DNA of 64,000 nucleotides from NCBI GenBank assembly GCA_001793155.1, contig MGHI01000040.1, positions 3,209 through 67,208 of the forward strand, written 5' to 3'. Positions 48,088 through 58,400 of this stretch are shown one piece after another. A program made the position numbers and the translations under genes. Position 1 is the stretch's first letter. Each line of letters starts with the position of its first letter. Source of the DNA: Candidatus Woesebacteria bacterium RIFCSPLOWO2_01_FULL_39_61 (GTDB lineage: Bacteria > Patescibacteriota > Microgenomatia > UBA8517). Under the pieces are notes generated by a model. That model ran no database searches, had not been told where the DNA came from, and worked only from the letters and a program-made list of their open reading frames with translations.

Positions 48088-48402
48088 ATGCAAAAAATTG
48101 CCATCGATTTTTCAAGCAACTTTTTCGGGGCACCGGGTCATTTTCTTTCCACCCTCACCGGCGTAGGCACCCTTGCCTCAGTACTTCTTGCCAACGCACT
48201 TATTATTGCAGGGGTAGTTTTTATACTGCTTATTATCATTGGCGGAATACAAATGATTAGTGGCGCCGGCAAATCTCCCCAAGAAGTGGCGCGGGGCAAG
48301 GAAATTATTCTCGCCGCTATTCTTGGTTTTATCATAATTTTTGTTTCCTACTGGATAGTAAGAATTATAGAAAGATCATTTGGTGTTAACATTTTGGGTT
48401 AA
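48088..48402 (+). CDS. VirB2/TrbC-like pilin 3
   Basis: 'IIGGIQMISGAG..PQEVARGKEIILAAILG'. Confidence 0.8.
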   Translation: MQKIAIDFSSNFFGAPGHFLSTLTGVGTLASVLLANALIIAGVVFILLIIIGGIQMISGAGKSPQEVARGKEIILAAILGFIIIFVSYWIVRIIERSFGVNILG

Positions 48403-48420
48403 AGATCGTACAATCAATTT

Positions 48421-48750
48421 ATGAATCCCTTTGGAACTATCGCCCCGCCCCCAGGAGTAGCCAGTTTTGGCGGAGGTCTCGGCGGTCTCCCCGCCTTTCT
48501 TAATGTAATATTTAAAACCTTAATTATGATTGCAGGAGTTTATACTCTTCTAAATTTTGTCTTTGCAGGATATACCTTTCTTTCCGGAGCCGGGGATCCC
48601 AAAAAGATTCAGGATTCGTGGGCAAAGATATGGCAATCTATTATTGGACTAACGGTCGCAGCCGGATCTTTCGTGCTGGCGGCGCTTTTAGGACTTTTAC
48701 TTTTCAGGGATTCAAATGCAATACTCCAACTAAGAATCTTTGGACCTTAA
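48421..48750 (+). CDS. VirB2/TrbC-like pilin 4
   Basis: 'AGYTFLSGAGDPKKIQDSWAKIWQSIIG'. Confidence 0.8.
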   Translation: MNPFGTIAPPPGVASFGGGLGGLPAFLNVIFKTLIMIAGVYTLLNFVFAGYTFLSGAGDPKKIQDSWAKIWQSIIGLTVAAGSFVLAALLGLLLFRDSNAILQLRIFGP

Positions 48751-48771
48751 CTTTGAAATTTTGCATATAAA

Positions 48772-49143
48772 ATGAACCAGTTATCAATATCTATACCAAT
48801 AGGAAATTTAAGAGGCACAGGGCCGCTGGGTTTTGAGAATGTATCCTCTACACGCTCTGTTGGTTATATTCTAAATCAGGTTATATCCGTTTTGGTTGGG
48901 GCAATGACGTTATTTGCAACAATTTGGTTTTTGATCTTATTAATCACGGCTGCGTACAGCTGGATGAATGCGGGAGGGGATAAAGTGGCACTCGAGAACG
49001 CAAGACAAAAAATGTTACATGCAGTAATAGGCCTGACGATTGTCATCGTGGCAATTTTTGTTGCCGACTTTATCGGCTTTATTCTCGGCGTTCCGGACAT
49101 TTTGAACGTCGAAGGATTCATAACCAGAATACTAAATCCCTAA
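48772..49143 (+). CDS. VirB2/TrbC-like pilin 5
   Basis: 'AAYSWMNAGGDKVALENARQKMLHAVIG'. Confidence 0.8.
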   Translation: MNQLSISIPIGNLRGTGPLGFENVSSTRSVGYILNQVISVLVGAMTLFATIWFLILLITAAYSWMNAGGDKVALENARQKMLHAVIGLTIVIVAIFVADFIGFILGVPDILNVEGFITRILNP

Positions 49144-49146
49144 GTT

Positions 49147-49521
49147 ATGATAACTTTTATTCCATCGGTTATCTACGCACAAGTATATCAACCGCCGGCA
49201 AGGCGAATTGTAAACCCTTTATTAAATGTAACTCTTCAAATATTAAGTGGGAATATTTTTATTTCACGCTTTCTTCCAGCTCTTTTAACTCTGCTTTTTG
49301 TTATCGGTTGCATTTATTTTCTTTTTATATTTACCCTGGGGGCAATCCAGTGGATCAATTCAGGGGGGGATAAAGTAAAACTTGAACAAGCAAGGGACAG
49401 GGTTACACAGGCGGTTATCGGATTGGGAGTTCTTTTGTCTGTCTATGGTGTTTTAAGTCTTCTGGAGTACTTCTTTGGAACGAATCTCAGGTCCTTTAAC
49501 ACCAACAGTATTAGGATTTAG
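49147..49521 (+). CDS. VirB2/TrbC-like pilin 6
   Basis: 'GAIQWINSGGDKVKLEQARDRVTQAVIG'. Confidence 0.85.
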   Translation: MITFIPSVIYAQVYQPPARRIVNPLLNVTLQILSGNIFISRFLPALLTLLFVIGCIYFLFIFTLGAIQWINSGGDKVKLEQARDRVTQAVIGLGVLLSVYGVLSLLEYFFGTNLRSFNTNSIRI

Positions 49522-49548
49522 GCGTCTAATTCAAAGCTAAATTACCTC

Positions 49549-49578
49549 TTGACAAGTGCCAATCGCTAACTTCATAAT
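49549..49578 (+). promoter_or_regulatory. Internal promoter for pilin 7
   Basis: TTGACA-18nt-CATAAT. Confidence 0.55.
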
Positions 49579-49596
49579 GACTATTAAGATAAATAT

Positions 49597-49944
49597 ATGA
49601 CAACTTTTCTGCCATCAACGGTTTTTGCACAGATAAATCTTACGCCTCGAGGACAGTTTACAACATTAAACAGTATAACTATCGGTAATATAATTTCTGC
49701 AATTATTATACTTGTTTTAATTGTTGCAGCTTTAGTCTTTTTCTTCATGCTAGTTTGGGGTGGCATTAAATATATAACATCGGGTGGTGATAAGGCCCAG
49801 ACAGAAGCAGCAAGAAGTCAAATTACAGCAGCTTTAATCGGTTTGGTGATAGTTTTTGCCGCTTGGGCTATTATAAATTTGGTTAACCTATTCTTCGGAA
49901 TAAACATACTTAACTTAAATATACCTAACGCGCAAGCTCCGTAA
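49597..49944 (+). CDS. VirB2/TrbC-like pilin 7 (candidate major subunit)
   Basis: 'WGGIKYITSGGDKAQTEAARSQITAALIG'; has its own promoter and terminator. Confidence 0.88.
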   Translation: MTTFLPSTVFAQINLTPRGQFTTLNSITIGNIISAIIILVLIVAALVFFFMLVWGGIKYITSGGDKAQTEAARSQITAALIGLVIVFAAWAIINLVNLFFGINILNLNIPNAQAP

Positions 49945-49959
49945 AGCTAGGGTTAGGGT

Positions 49960-49984
49960 AAGCCCCGAAAGGGGCTTTTTTTTT
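49960..49984 (+). terminator. Rho-independent terminator
   Basis: AAGCCCC-GAAA-GGGGCTT followed by a poly-T run. Confidence 0.85.
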
Positions 49985-50047
49985 GGCAGGAAAAAATGCC
50001 TGGAGAATGTTATTGCCCCATTTCCCATCTTGCGTTACACTTAATTT

Positions 50048-50368
50048 ATGATTCCTTTGAATCCTTGCACTAACCCTGATTATGTAAGAGGTACCGTACC
50101 AACCTTGGCTTATCTCGAATGTCTATTTGGAAGAACAGCCAATATTATCTTGGGTTTGGCAGGAATTGCACTTTTTATTATGTTACTCATCGGTGGTTTT
50201 AGGTATATGACGTCAGGAGGAGATCCCAAAGCGCTTGATTCCGCCCAAAAAACCATTACCTATGCTATTATCGGGCTAGTTCTCACGGCTAGCTCCTATC
50301 TCTTCTTGCGCTTTGTCGGAGCAATAACCGGAGCTGATGTTTTTAATTTTTATATTTTCCGCCCCTAA
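50048..50368 (+). CDS. VirB2/TrbC-like pilin 8
   Basis: 'IGGFRYMTSGGDPKALDSAQKTITYAIIG'. Confidence 0.85.
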   Translation: MIPLNPCTNPDYVRGTVPTLAYLECLFGRTANIILGLAGIALFIMLLIGGFRYMTSGGDPKALDSAQKTITYAIIGLVLTASSYLFLRFVGAITGADVFNFYIFRP

Positions 50369-50371
50369 TCT

Positions 50372-53182
50372 ATGAGGCTGCCTACTACAAAAATAGGATT
50401 ACTTCTAGAAACGCTTCTTTTTTTAATTATTATTATATTTTCAGTTAAGACGGCGAAGGCTCAAATTCCCCCGCCCTACGTTCCTTGTAATCAAGTAAGA
50501 AGTCCGGAGTTTCATTCATTACGTCCTTACCAAGCCAGTCCCTGCAACCAAGAAGCAACCGAGCTTGCTTTATATTGCGACAGTAGCTTTGTTCTACCTG
50601 ATACTTTTGTTATTGACAAAACGTTTTCAAATCCACCCACCAGCTGGGTTTATTCATACCTTGGCAATCCAATATCACCCGTGCGTCCTGAGGACTCTTT
50701 TAATCAACCTGCGTGCAGGTTCTGTGTGGGAAATTTCTGTGCTGTAAGTTTGGGAACAGCCTGTGTTGCCGACCTAAACCAGTGCCAAACTAATACAGAT
50801 TGCTTCAACAGCTGCAGAAACAATCTTGACGGCACCGAGACGTGCACTTTCCTCGTTAACCGAGAAAGAGACGTTGCGATTGATCTGTCCGGGGCAGAAT
50901 TCCCAATAATGGGAAATACCCAGGACGTTATAAATAGCCAAAACCTGTGGGGTAATAGCCTGCCTTTTGACGTCTTTGATGTTTCGGAACCGTTGGATGC
51001 TTACGACCCCACCAAAGTGAACGAGTATGTGAGTTGGTACCTTAACGGAATAATAAACAGGGCTGAATACAAAACTCTTGATCCCGATGACCCCAATGAC
51101 TTTCTTAAAATTACTGACTTCTCCGGACCCATAAGAAAATTACTCTCCTTTGAGAACCAAATTACCCAAAGGGTAAGTCAAATTAATGAAGCTAATGAAG
51201 GCGACGTTCGCCACAATCAGGTCGTGGGCTGTGACAATCTTACCGGTAACCCCACAGAGTGCTATCCACAGAGAGCTGGAGTAAGGGAAAGGAGACTGAG
51301 AGATTGGCTTCCCAACAACCTTCCGCCCTTAAGGGAAGCTTTTGATAACTTCTCAGACTACTGGGGGGCCTATACTGACTGGAGAAATGGAAATCCACGC
51401 TTTATCGGCAACCTCTTCGACTATATTCCCTTTTCTTCAACCGAGGACAGGAAAGGGCTCGACGAGGCAGTTTTTCAGTCTATTCAACCGGCTCAACCTT
51501 ACGTAAGAATTGTCTCGGCCACCCTTACCCAAACTCCGGCTGACTTATTCTTTGCCCACATCGAAGAAACCGCAGGATTGGCTAATATTCTTCAGAAAAC
51601 TTTCGCTTTTCGAGGGGCGGCTTTAGACGGTCCTCCTGCCAATATCGCGCCTCCGGCAAATGCCTACTGCGACCTGGTCGAGGTAAGAAGCAACCCCGGA
51701 GATGATCTTTTTGCCGGGGAAATTCGCGTCCACCTCGAATACGAGGCACAAATTGACTGTAGTTTCCTCATCCCTTATCTCTGGCCGAATCCTGCCGAAG
51801 GAGTGCCTCCCGGAAATGTCTGTGAGAATCTGGCCGGGGGAACATGTCAGTACATTCCAGAAAATTATCAGTGTGATTACGTCTATGGGCCAGTAGATTG
51901 TCCACCAGATCCACTTAACCCTGAAGTTATATACTGTGCCGTCAATTGCCGTCCACTATCAAACACCGCGGCCTGTGCCGATCTCGGCAAACAGTGCTAT
52001 CCAAGCACTTGGGGATCCTGTACTGGTGTCACCGAAAATGTTTTTGTCTGCCCAGCCGGTGTTGACTGTACTGCCGTTATTTGCCAGGCGGGCAGCTTTT
52101 GCGACGGTGACGGTTGTTTGCCGGGATCCTTTTGTGCAAATAATTACTGTCCTCCGGGTTATGATTGTTACGATAATCCCTGCTCGGGGTCAGATGTCTG
52201 CGCCAACGGTTGTGTCCAGCCAATCACTGAGCCAAACCTGACCCAGCAGTGTCCAGTTACTGTCAACGTTAATCTCGGTACAGTTACTCATACCCCGAAA
52301 GCCGACGAGCTTTGGAGCCGATTTGTTTCGGGTCCGGCCGGGATCTTCAGAAGAGTATTCCCTAAGATAGAACCCGGTGCGCCGATTGAAGCCTTGTGGG
52401 ACATTCCGGCTTCGACACCGGTAACATTCACCGCCCCGGGACTGGTGTATGTCGGAATTCCGGGATCAGGACGTACCCAGCCCGAGCTTTACTTCCCCCA
52501 CATAGGAGGAATCCACCAATATTTCTTAAAATGTATTCAAAGAGCTCTAAGGCCGCAGGGATTCGGAGAGCCCTGCATATCGGGCTCCCCCGGCACGAAT
52601 GCGCCGACCGATAGCACCTGTCCCAATGTTCCCGATTCCGCAATACCAGCCAGGTGGATCGGGCCTGCAGGATCAGGAATAAAAGACCATTTTATATGGG
52701 CGGCGGATCTTTGGTGCGGGGGGGTTGGAGAGAATATGGCTGAAGAGTGTTATAACTACGTAGTTCAACAATCATTGGCGGCCGGAGTAAACCCCGCCTT
52801 TTCACTTTCCATCTGGCTTCATGAGTCGGCAGCCAGCAATTATACCTGCAGCGGTGCCGGTGCCCAGGACTTTGGTATAAATGATCCGTCGATTGCCATG
52901 AACCTGGTTCTGCAACTTCAGCGTTTCCTTACTCTACCTTACTCAAGCACATATCTTTACTGTCGTACGCAGGCACAATCCCGCGGCCTTGATCCCATGT
53001 TCGGATTTCTGGATCGTTTCCGTGACGGTAATTGTGATTTTGTTCAAAATGGATCCAATGCCGGGTGGAGTTTTTATCAAAACATGATGAGCTTTGCTTG
53101 GCCTTTAGTTACTGAGCCCATAAGAAATTGTGTAACAGGCTGGTTTGGGATATTGTGGCCTACCGACTTTGCCTGTCCGTAA
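50372..53182 (+). CDS. Large secreted Cys-rich protein with a possible C-terminal lysozyme-like domain
   Basis: Signal peptide; two Cys-rich blocks; 'AGVNPAFSLSIWLHES...QDFGI'. Confidence 0.65.
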   Translation: MRLPTTKIGLLLETLLFLIIIIFSVKTAKAQIPPPYVPCNQVRSPEFHSLRPYQASPCNQEATELALYCDSSFVLPDTFVIDKTFSNPPTSWVYSYLGNPISPVRPEDSFNQPACRFCVGNFCAVSLGTACVADLNQCQTNTDCFNSCRNNLDGTETCTFLVNRERDVAIDLSGAEFPIMGNTQDVINSQNLWGNSLPFDVFDVSEPLDAYDPTKVNEYVSWYLNGIINRAEYKTLDPDDPNDFLKITDFSGPIRKLLSFENQITQRVSQINEANEGDVRHNQVVGCDNLTGNPTECYPQRAGVRERRLRDWLPNNLPPLREAFDNFSDYWGAYTDWRNGNPRFIGNLFDYIPFSSTEDRKGLDEAVFQSIQPAQPYVRIVSATLTQTPADLFFAHIEETAGLANILQKTFAFRGAALDGPPANIAPPANAYCDLVEVRSNPGDDLFAGEIRVHLEYEAQIDCSFLIPYLWPNPAEGVPPGNVCENLAGGTCQYIPENYQCDYVYGPVDCPPDPLNPEVIYCAVNCRPLSNTAACADLGKQCYPSTWGSCTGVTENVFVCPAGVDCTAVICQAGSFCDGDGCLPGSFCANNYCPPGYDCYDNPCSGSDVCANGCVQPITEPNLTQQCPVTVNVNLGTVTHTPKADELWSRFVSGPAGIFRRVFPKIEPGAPIEALWDIPASTPVTFTAPGLVYVGIPGSGRTQPELYFPHIGGIHQYFLKCIQRALRPQGFGEPCISGSPGTNAPTDSTCPNVPDSAIPARWIGPAGSGIKDHFIWAADLWCGGVGENMAEECYNYVVQQSLAAGVNPAFSLSIWLHESAASNYTCSGAGAQDFGINDPSIAMNLVLQLQRFLTLPYSSTYLYCRTQAQSRGLDPMFGFLDRFRDGNCDFVQNGSNAGWSFYQNMMSFAWPLVTEPIRNCVTGWFGILWPTDFACP

Positions 53183-53215
53183 ATTAATCAACCGATTTTC
53201 AGTTTTCATTTCACA

Positions 53216-53641
53216 ATGAATAAACCAATAACTAAATTTTCAAATAAAAGAAAATACGACCTGGAAGAAAGAACGGCCAGATTTGCAGAAAATGTTATAG
53301 GTTTGGTAAAACAAATACCTGTCAATCCAGTCAATAAACGGATTATAGAACAACTCGTAGGAAGCGCGGGTTCTCTAGGAGCAAATTATTGCGAAGCGAA
53401 TGAGGCTGAAAGCAAAAAGGATTTCATCCACAAAATAGGAATTTGTAAAAAGGAGACTAAAGAAGCGAAACACTGGCTAAGATTGCTAAAGGTGTCTGAC
53501 CACGAGTATGAATTAGGTGTTGAGCCCTTATCAGAAGAGGCTCAAGAACTACTTCTAATTTTTTCTTCAATTAACCAGTCTGCGAAACGCAAAAGTATTG
53601 AAAATTATTATTTGAAAAATTCGTTGAAAATTGAATCTTGA
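53216..53641 (+). CDS. Four-helix-bundle protein (TIGR02436 / 23S rRNA IVP family)
   Basis: 'YDLEERT..F', 'QLVGSAGSLGANYCEANEAESKKDFIHKIGICKKETKEAKHWL'. Confidence 0.9.
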   Translation: MNKPITKFSNKRKYDLEERTARFAENVIGLVKQIPVNPVNKRIIEQLVGSAGSLGANYCEANEAESKKDFIHKIGICKKETKEAKHWLRLLKVSDHEYELGVEPLSEEAQELLLIFSSINQSAKRKSIENYYLKNSLKIES

Positions 53642-53679
53642 AAATTGAAAATTAAAATGTGCTATTATTTAATTACAAA

Positions 53680-55392
53680 ATGTTTAAGAAACTGCTTTTA
53701 ATTTTTCTTTCTGTAAATATTCTCCTTCTAAGCGGCTTTTCTCCTTTTGTCCGATCGGCCCGCGCACAAGAATCCACTTGGTTCAGGCAAAGTTTTTATG
53801 AGTGGTATACAAAAGTCTATGATACCGACGCAACTCCTGCCGACGAAATTTACGGGGAACGCTACACCGCAGCCCAGGTTGAATGGGTCATATATGGAAT
53901 TTGGGCGTTTTGGGTTAACCAATTTATAGTACCCGATGTTGCCGCTTGCCTTTTTGCAGCCGTTAGTGATCTAGATGACTTGGGCACCTGTTTAATCGAT
54001 AGTCTTACACAACTTTTTGAAGATCTTCTTGACAGAATCACTTACAATCCGAACAACATAAATCCCGCTTTAGCTCTAGACCACTACTCCAAACCTCTTC
54101 CTTCCATGGTCTTTGAGAGCCGTCCTCTTTCTGGAATCACCTATGTAAAAGATAAGTTTAATTTGGTTGGCGAGGTTTATGCACAGCAGGGTTTTGGCTT
54201 TAGCAGACTTGAATTCATACAGCCCTTATGGCAGGCCGCACGCGATATCAGTTTCTTCTTCTTGGTTCTGGCAACAGTTATTATGGCCTTCATGATCATG
54301 TTTAGAGTCAAGCTCTCGCCCCAAACCGTAATCAGCATACAGTCGGCCATACCCAAGGTAGTTATGGGGATTATACTTATCACTTTCTCCTATGCTATTG
54401 CAGGTTTTATGATTGATCTTGTTTACGTAACCATAGGTTTACTTGCGTCCATGTTCGATTTAGCCATACCGGACGTACCTGGAATCGTCCAGTCCGGCAT
54501 CTATTACAGACTAATGACCGAGGGCATCCCTTTTATCGGACTTGGTGCTTTTGGACTCATGATTCTTTATCTGCCCATGTTTTTTATCTCCTTCACCATT
54601 GCCATTGTCGGAAATCTAGGAGTATTAAACCTTTTAGGGATTTTTGCGATAGCGCCCTTGATATCGATGGTTGTTACTCTCATCGTTTTGTTCGTACTTC
54701 TTTTTATAACCATAAAAATTCTTTGGATGTTAATAAAAACAGTTGTTGCAATTTTCTTACTTGTTATTTTCGGACCTGTCTATATCTTGGGCGGGGTAGT
54801 CTTTCCCTCTTTTGGGTTTGGCAGCTGGATTAAACAACTGGCTTCCAACTTGGCTGTCTACCCCGTAGCCGGAGCTATGTTTATCCTATCTTATATGTTT
54901 TTAGTTTGGGGAAGTTTTGTGGTGTTTTTAGATTTGTTTAATATAGATACCTGCGATCCCGGGCTCAACCCCTTGACGCACCTTTTAAATCAAATATTTA
55001 ATGCTTTGGGTTTCAACGCTTGTGTATCAGGGAACGTATGGCAACCACCTCTAACTTTAAATGGCGCCCCGGGTGGCACTGCTACTGGCTTAATTTTCTG
55101 CTTTGTAAGTTTGTCAATTCTATTTTTGATTCCAAAGACAGCGGATATCATTAAGGGTTTGATCTCCGGCCGTCCATATGCCTACGGAACCGCAATCGGC
55201 GAAGCGTTTGGCCCTGCAGCAATGGGTGCCGCGGCGGGTTGGGGATATATATCTGGCGGCCCCGCCGCCAAACTAAGAGCAGTTCAAGAAGGCAGAATTA
55301 CCCTGTCTCCAGAAGTCCAGGAACGTTATAGAAGAATGGATAGGATATACGGCTTAATTAACCAAGTAACTGGCTTCGGAAGAAGAAAGTAG
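53680..55392 (+). CDS. VirB6/TrbL-like polytopic T4SS membrane protein
   Basis: 'LWQAARDI', 'IQSAIPKV...ILITFSYAIAGFMIDL', 'W...LASNLAVYP'; locus context. Confidence 0.65.
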   Translation: MFKKLLLIFLSVNILLLSGFSPFVRSARAQESTWFRQSFYEWYTKVYDTDATPADEIYGERYTAAQVEWVIYGIWAFWVNQFIVPDVAACLFAAVSDLDDLGTCLIDSLTQLFEDLLDRITYNPNNINPALALDHYSKPLPSMVFESRPLSGITYVKDKFNLVGEVYAQQGFGFSRLEFIQPLWQAARDISFFFLVLATVIMAFMIMFRVKLSPQTVISIQSAIPKVVMGIILITFSYAIAGFMIDLVYVTIGLLASMFDLAIPDVPGIVQSGIYYRLMTEGIPFIGLGAFGLMILYLPMFFISFTIAIVGNLGVLNLLGIFAIAPLISMVVTLIVLFVLLFITIKILWMLIKTVVAIFLLVIFGPVYILGGVVFPSFGFGSWIKQLASNLAVYPVAGAMFILSYMFLVWGSFVVFLDLFNIDTCDPGLNPLTHLLNQIFNALGFNACVSGNVWQPPLTLNGAPGGTATGLIFCFVSLSILFLIPKTADIIKGLISGRPYAYGTAIGEAFGPAAMGAAAGWGYISGGPAAKLRAVQEGRITLSPEVQERYRRMDRIYGLINQVTGFGRRK

Positions 55393-55485
55393 AACAAAAC
55401 CCCCGTGAATTATTCCTGAAAGTTTGGCGCATGCTCGATTCCGCGCTGGTGAAAAACCAGAATAGTATTACACCTATATAACTTC

Positions 55486-58400
55486 TTAAGGAGTCGGTGT
55501 TGTAGTCTGAACTGCTCGCCTCTTCTTTTTCTCTTCATCTATTCGTCTTTGTTCTTCTTCGAAAGCTTCGATTTCTTTTGCCATTTTCTTCGATATACCC
55601 CTTCTTGATCTCTCTCGTGGAGCAAAAAGCGTTCCTTCTATATAAATGTCGTATAAAAGGTTCCAATCACTTGTTAATACATCTCTTGCGTGCAACGAGT
55701 CGTAAAGTTGTTTACGCCGTTCTGGGCTCATAAAAAATCGATTATCGGAAAGTACGGAGGTTACTATAGCATTATATGCAGACTCGGGAATATCAAGTAT
55801 TGTTTCTGCTTGTCCGGTAACAAACCCCTTTTCTGGGCTCATTATTAAAGCTGTTGCTCCGAGAAGATAGGCACGATCGGTAAATATCGGAGCCAATTTT
55901 GCATCCCCCCTAACTTTAATCCACTTATCAAGAAAGGATTCCCTCGACAATCTTTTCTTGGGATCCCCGCTCATTTGGTGCCCCTCAAGTGCCACAACAG
56001 CACTGCCAACATCCCAATAATAACCCCACCATTCACCAGCCCTAACTTCATCAAGCACTTTACCGGCGTTTTCATTTCCATTTTCAGTCAGATCAACAAG
56101 CTCAATCGGAACTTCTTTTGTGATTGTTTTTTGTCCTTTTTCAAATTTGATCACGGCTTTTTGTGCAGTCTCGATTGGCACTGCCCTAACATACCTTTCT
56201 TTATCTATAAGTACGTCTGCTATTGAAGTTGATGGGTGCCTGCTTCTTTCTCCCGTCTGCGGATCTGCATATTCTTGCCCTCCCGTATCAATCATCTCCA
56301 ATACACTGTAGAACATCCTCTCCGGAATATAATCTCTTTCGCCTTCGTCAAATTCTTCCCTGAAAGTCGTTCCCTTTTTGGTTTTTCTATCCTTAACACT
56401 GTAATTTTCCCTTGTCCACTCACCTAGGGGACCACCGTATGCGCGTTCTGCGTTTAAGGTTCGTTCCATATCAGCCGCTTTCCGCTCTGCCTCGTCAAGC
56501 TTGTCGGGTGCTATCCGTCCAGCAGCCACATCCTCTCGTATCCGCTTTATCTCTGCCGACTTTCTTTCAAATCTCTTTCTGGCAGAAAGTCGTTCTTTTA
56601 GTTTAAGTCCCGGTGAAAAAAGTTCTCTTACTCCATCCGAAATTGTAGCCGATTCCTGTAGCTTTATAGCATAATCTTTGCGTGTGGGATCATCCTCCTC
56701 CTTAATAGCCTCTGTTTGTGCTCTGTAGACGTCTCCCGAATCATAAGCGCCGGTAGCGTAAAAAAGGTCATCGGCGGCATGAACGGAGGTTTGAATTAAA
56801 TCTTCTACTGTAACCCGATGATCTGTTGCCCATTTTCTAGCTTCTTCCACTTCTTTCTGGTGGTTCTCTAGATTTCTTTCTGCTTTAGTTATTTCCGCAT
56901 CAACATCTTCCCCCTGTACTTTTCTTGTTTTTAAGCTCTCCAATTCATCAATTGATTTCTGCAACCCCTGGTCGCTGAGTCTTTCAGACATCGCCTTCGT
57001 TAAAGCCTTTCTATAAGCGTCAAGGTTCTTTTTATCTGATAAAAGCTGATAGCCTGTTTCCGATAATACAAATTGTTTGAAGTTGAAACCTGTAGCAAAA
57101 TTTAATTTTTCAACCTTCTCTTGCACCTTAACAAGCTCGTCCCCTTGAAATTCTCCCCTTTGTATCTTTTCGGTTAATGTTTTTGCTTCTTCGGCTGCCT
57201 CGGCCCCTACTTTGTCCGGAAAATCTTGGAACACGTCTTTTGCAAGGGTTAAAACCGCCATTCGAAATCCGGGTGTATTATCCCAAGCCTCCCTGAAATA
57301 TTCGCGGGAAAGCCTGGCTCCCTGGGCTTCGATCCAATTTTCGGACGTTTTTGCTCCGGTTAACTCTTTAATATATGAAAGGTAATTGAGCTGTAAAAAT
57401 AGTCTGATTGAATCCTGATATTTCTCCCTATCCTCGTTACTTATCCGGGTGCCGTCCGGTCTTTGTTCAAACCTGAACCAGTACGGGTTGCTCGAATCAA
57501 ACCCTTCGGGGTTTGTAAAAGCCCTGTGCTTCATCGCGTGAACAACGGCCTCGTAACCGGAAAGAAGCGCTCGGTTTTGCTCTACTGCCATCCTATATTG
57601 ACCCTCGGTAAAGTCAGCCATTTTCTTTAATTGTTCAAGCAGTGCATCTCCAGCCACGGCCCCACCAGTAGCAACTTCTGGTTTTCTGTATTTACCCTTT
57701 CCTTGAATAAAGTCGGAGGCGTCTTTTTTTAACTGCGGTCTTTCCTTACCCCATCGTTCGAGATCAATGGTTTTTCCGTACCTGTCAAGGTATAATTTCG
57801 CTTCTTCTGCCACCTTTCTATATTCAGTGGCAGTTTTGGTGTCTCCCGCAGCTTCTGCAGCCAGAGCCGCACCTGGGTAATATTCAAGTTGTGCTTCAGC
57901 AAGATGAAACTCCATTTGATCTAACGCTCCTCCGATATAGGCCGAAGACATTCCCCCAAAATCAACGGTTGATCGATTCAAACTTCTGGTTTCTACTCTA
58001 TGTAGTTCAGATGCGTTTCTACCAAGACCGCCAATTACATCCATTGCATCTATGTAATCATTATCCATTTGAGCCTTTTTTATTTGTACGTTAATCCCCC
58101 GAACCTCACCCGACACCGGATCTGTATGTCTAAAAATTCCAGCGGCTTTTGCTGACTGGACTAAAACTTCATCTCGGGCAAATTTCAGTCCTTCTACCGC
58201 CTTAGCAACCTCATCATCCGTTAAATTTTGTCCGTTTACTGTAAACCCACTTGGTGTATCAACTAAACCCAATAGTCTATTCTGAATTAAAAGAAATAGA
58301 CTTTCGTTGGGATCCTGGGCTTTTTCTCTGTTGATTTCTTCAATTATCCCCATTAACTTTTCGCTGTCTCTAAACTCTACATGTAAGGCTCCGATTGTGG

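Noticed and set aside
55440-55460. CCGCGCTGGTGA shared with tmRNA at 40582
   Set aside because: Single 12-nt match with no further similarity; could be chance.
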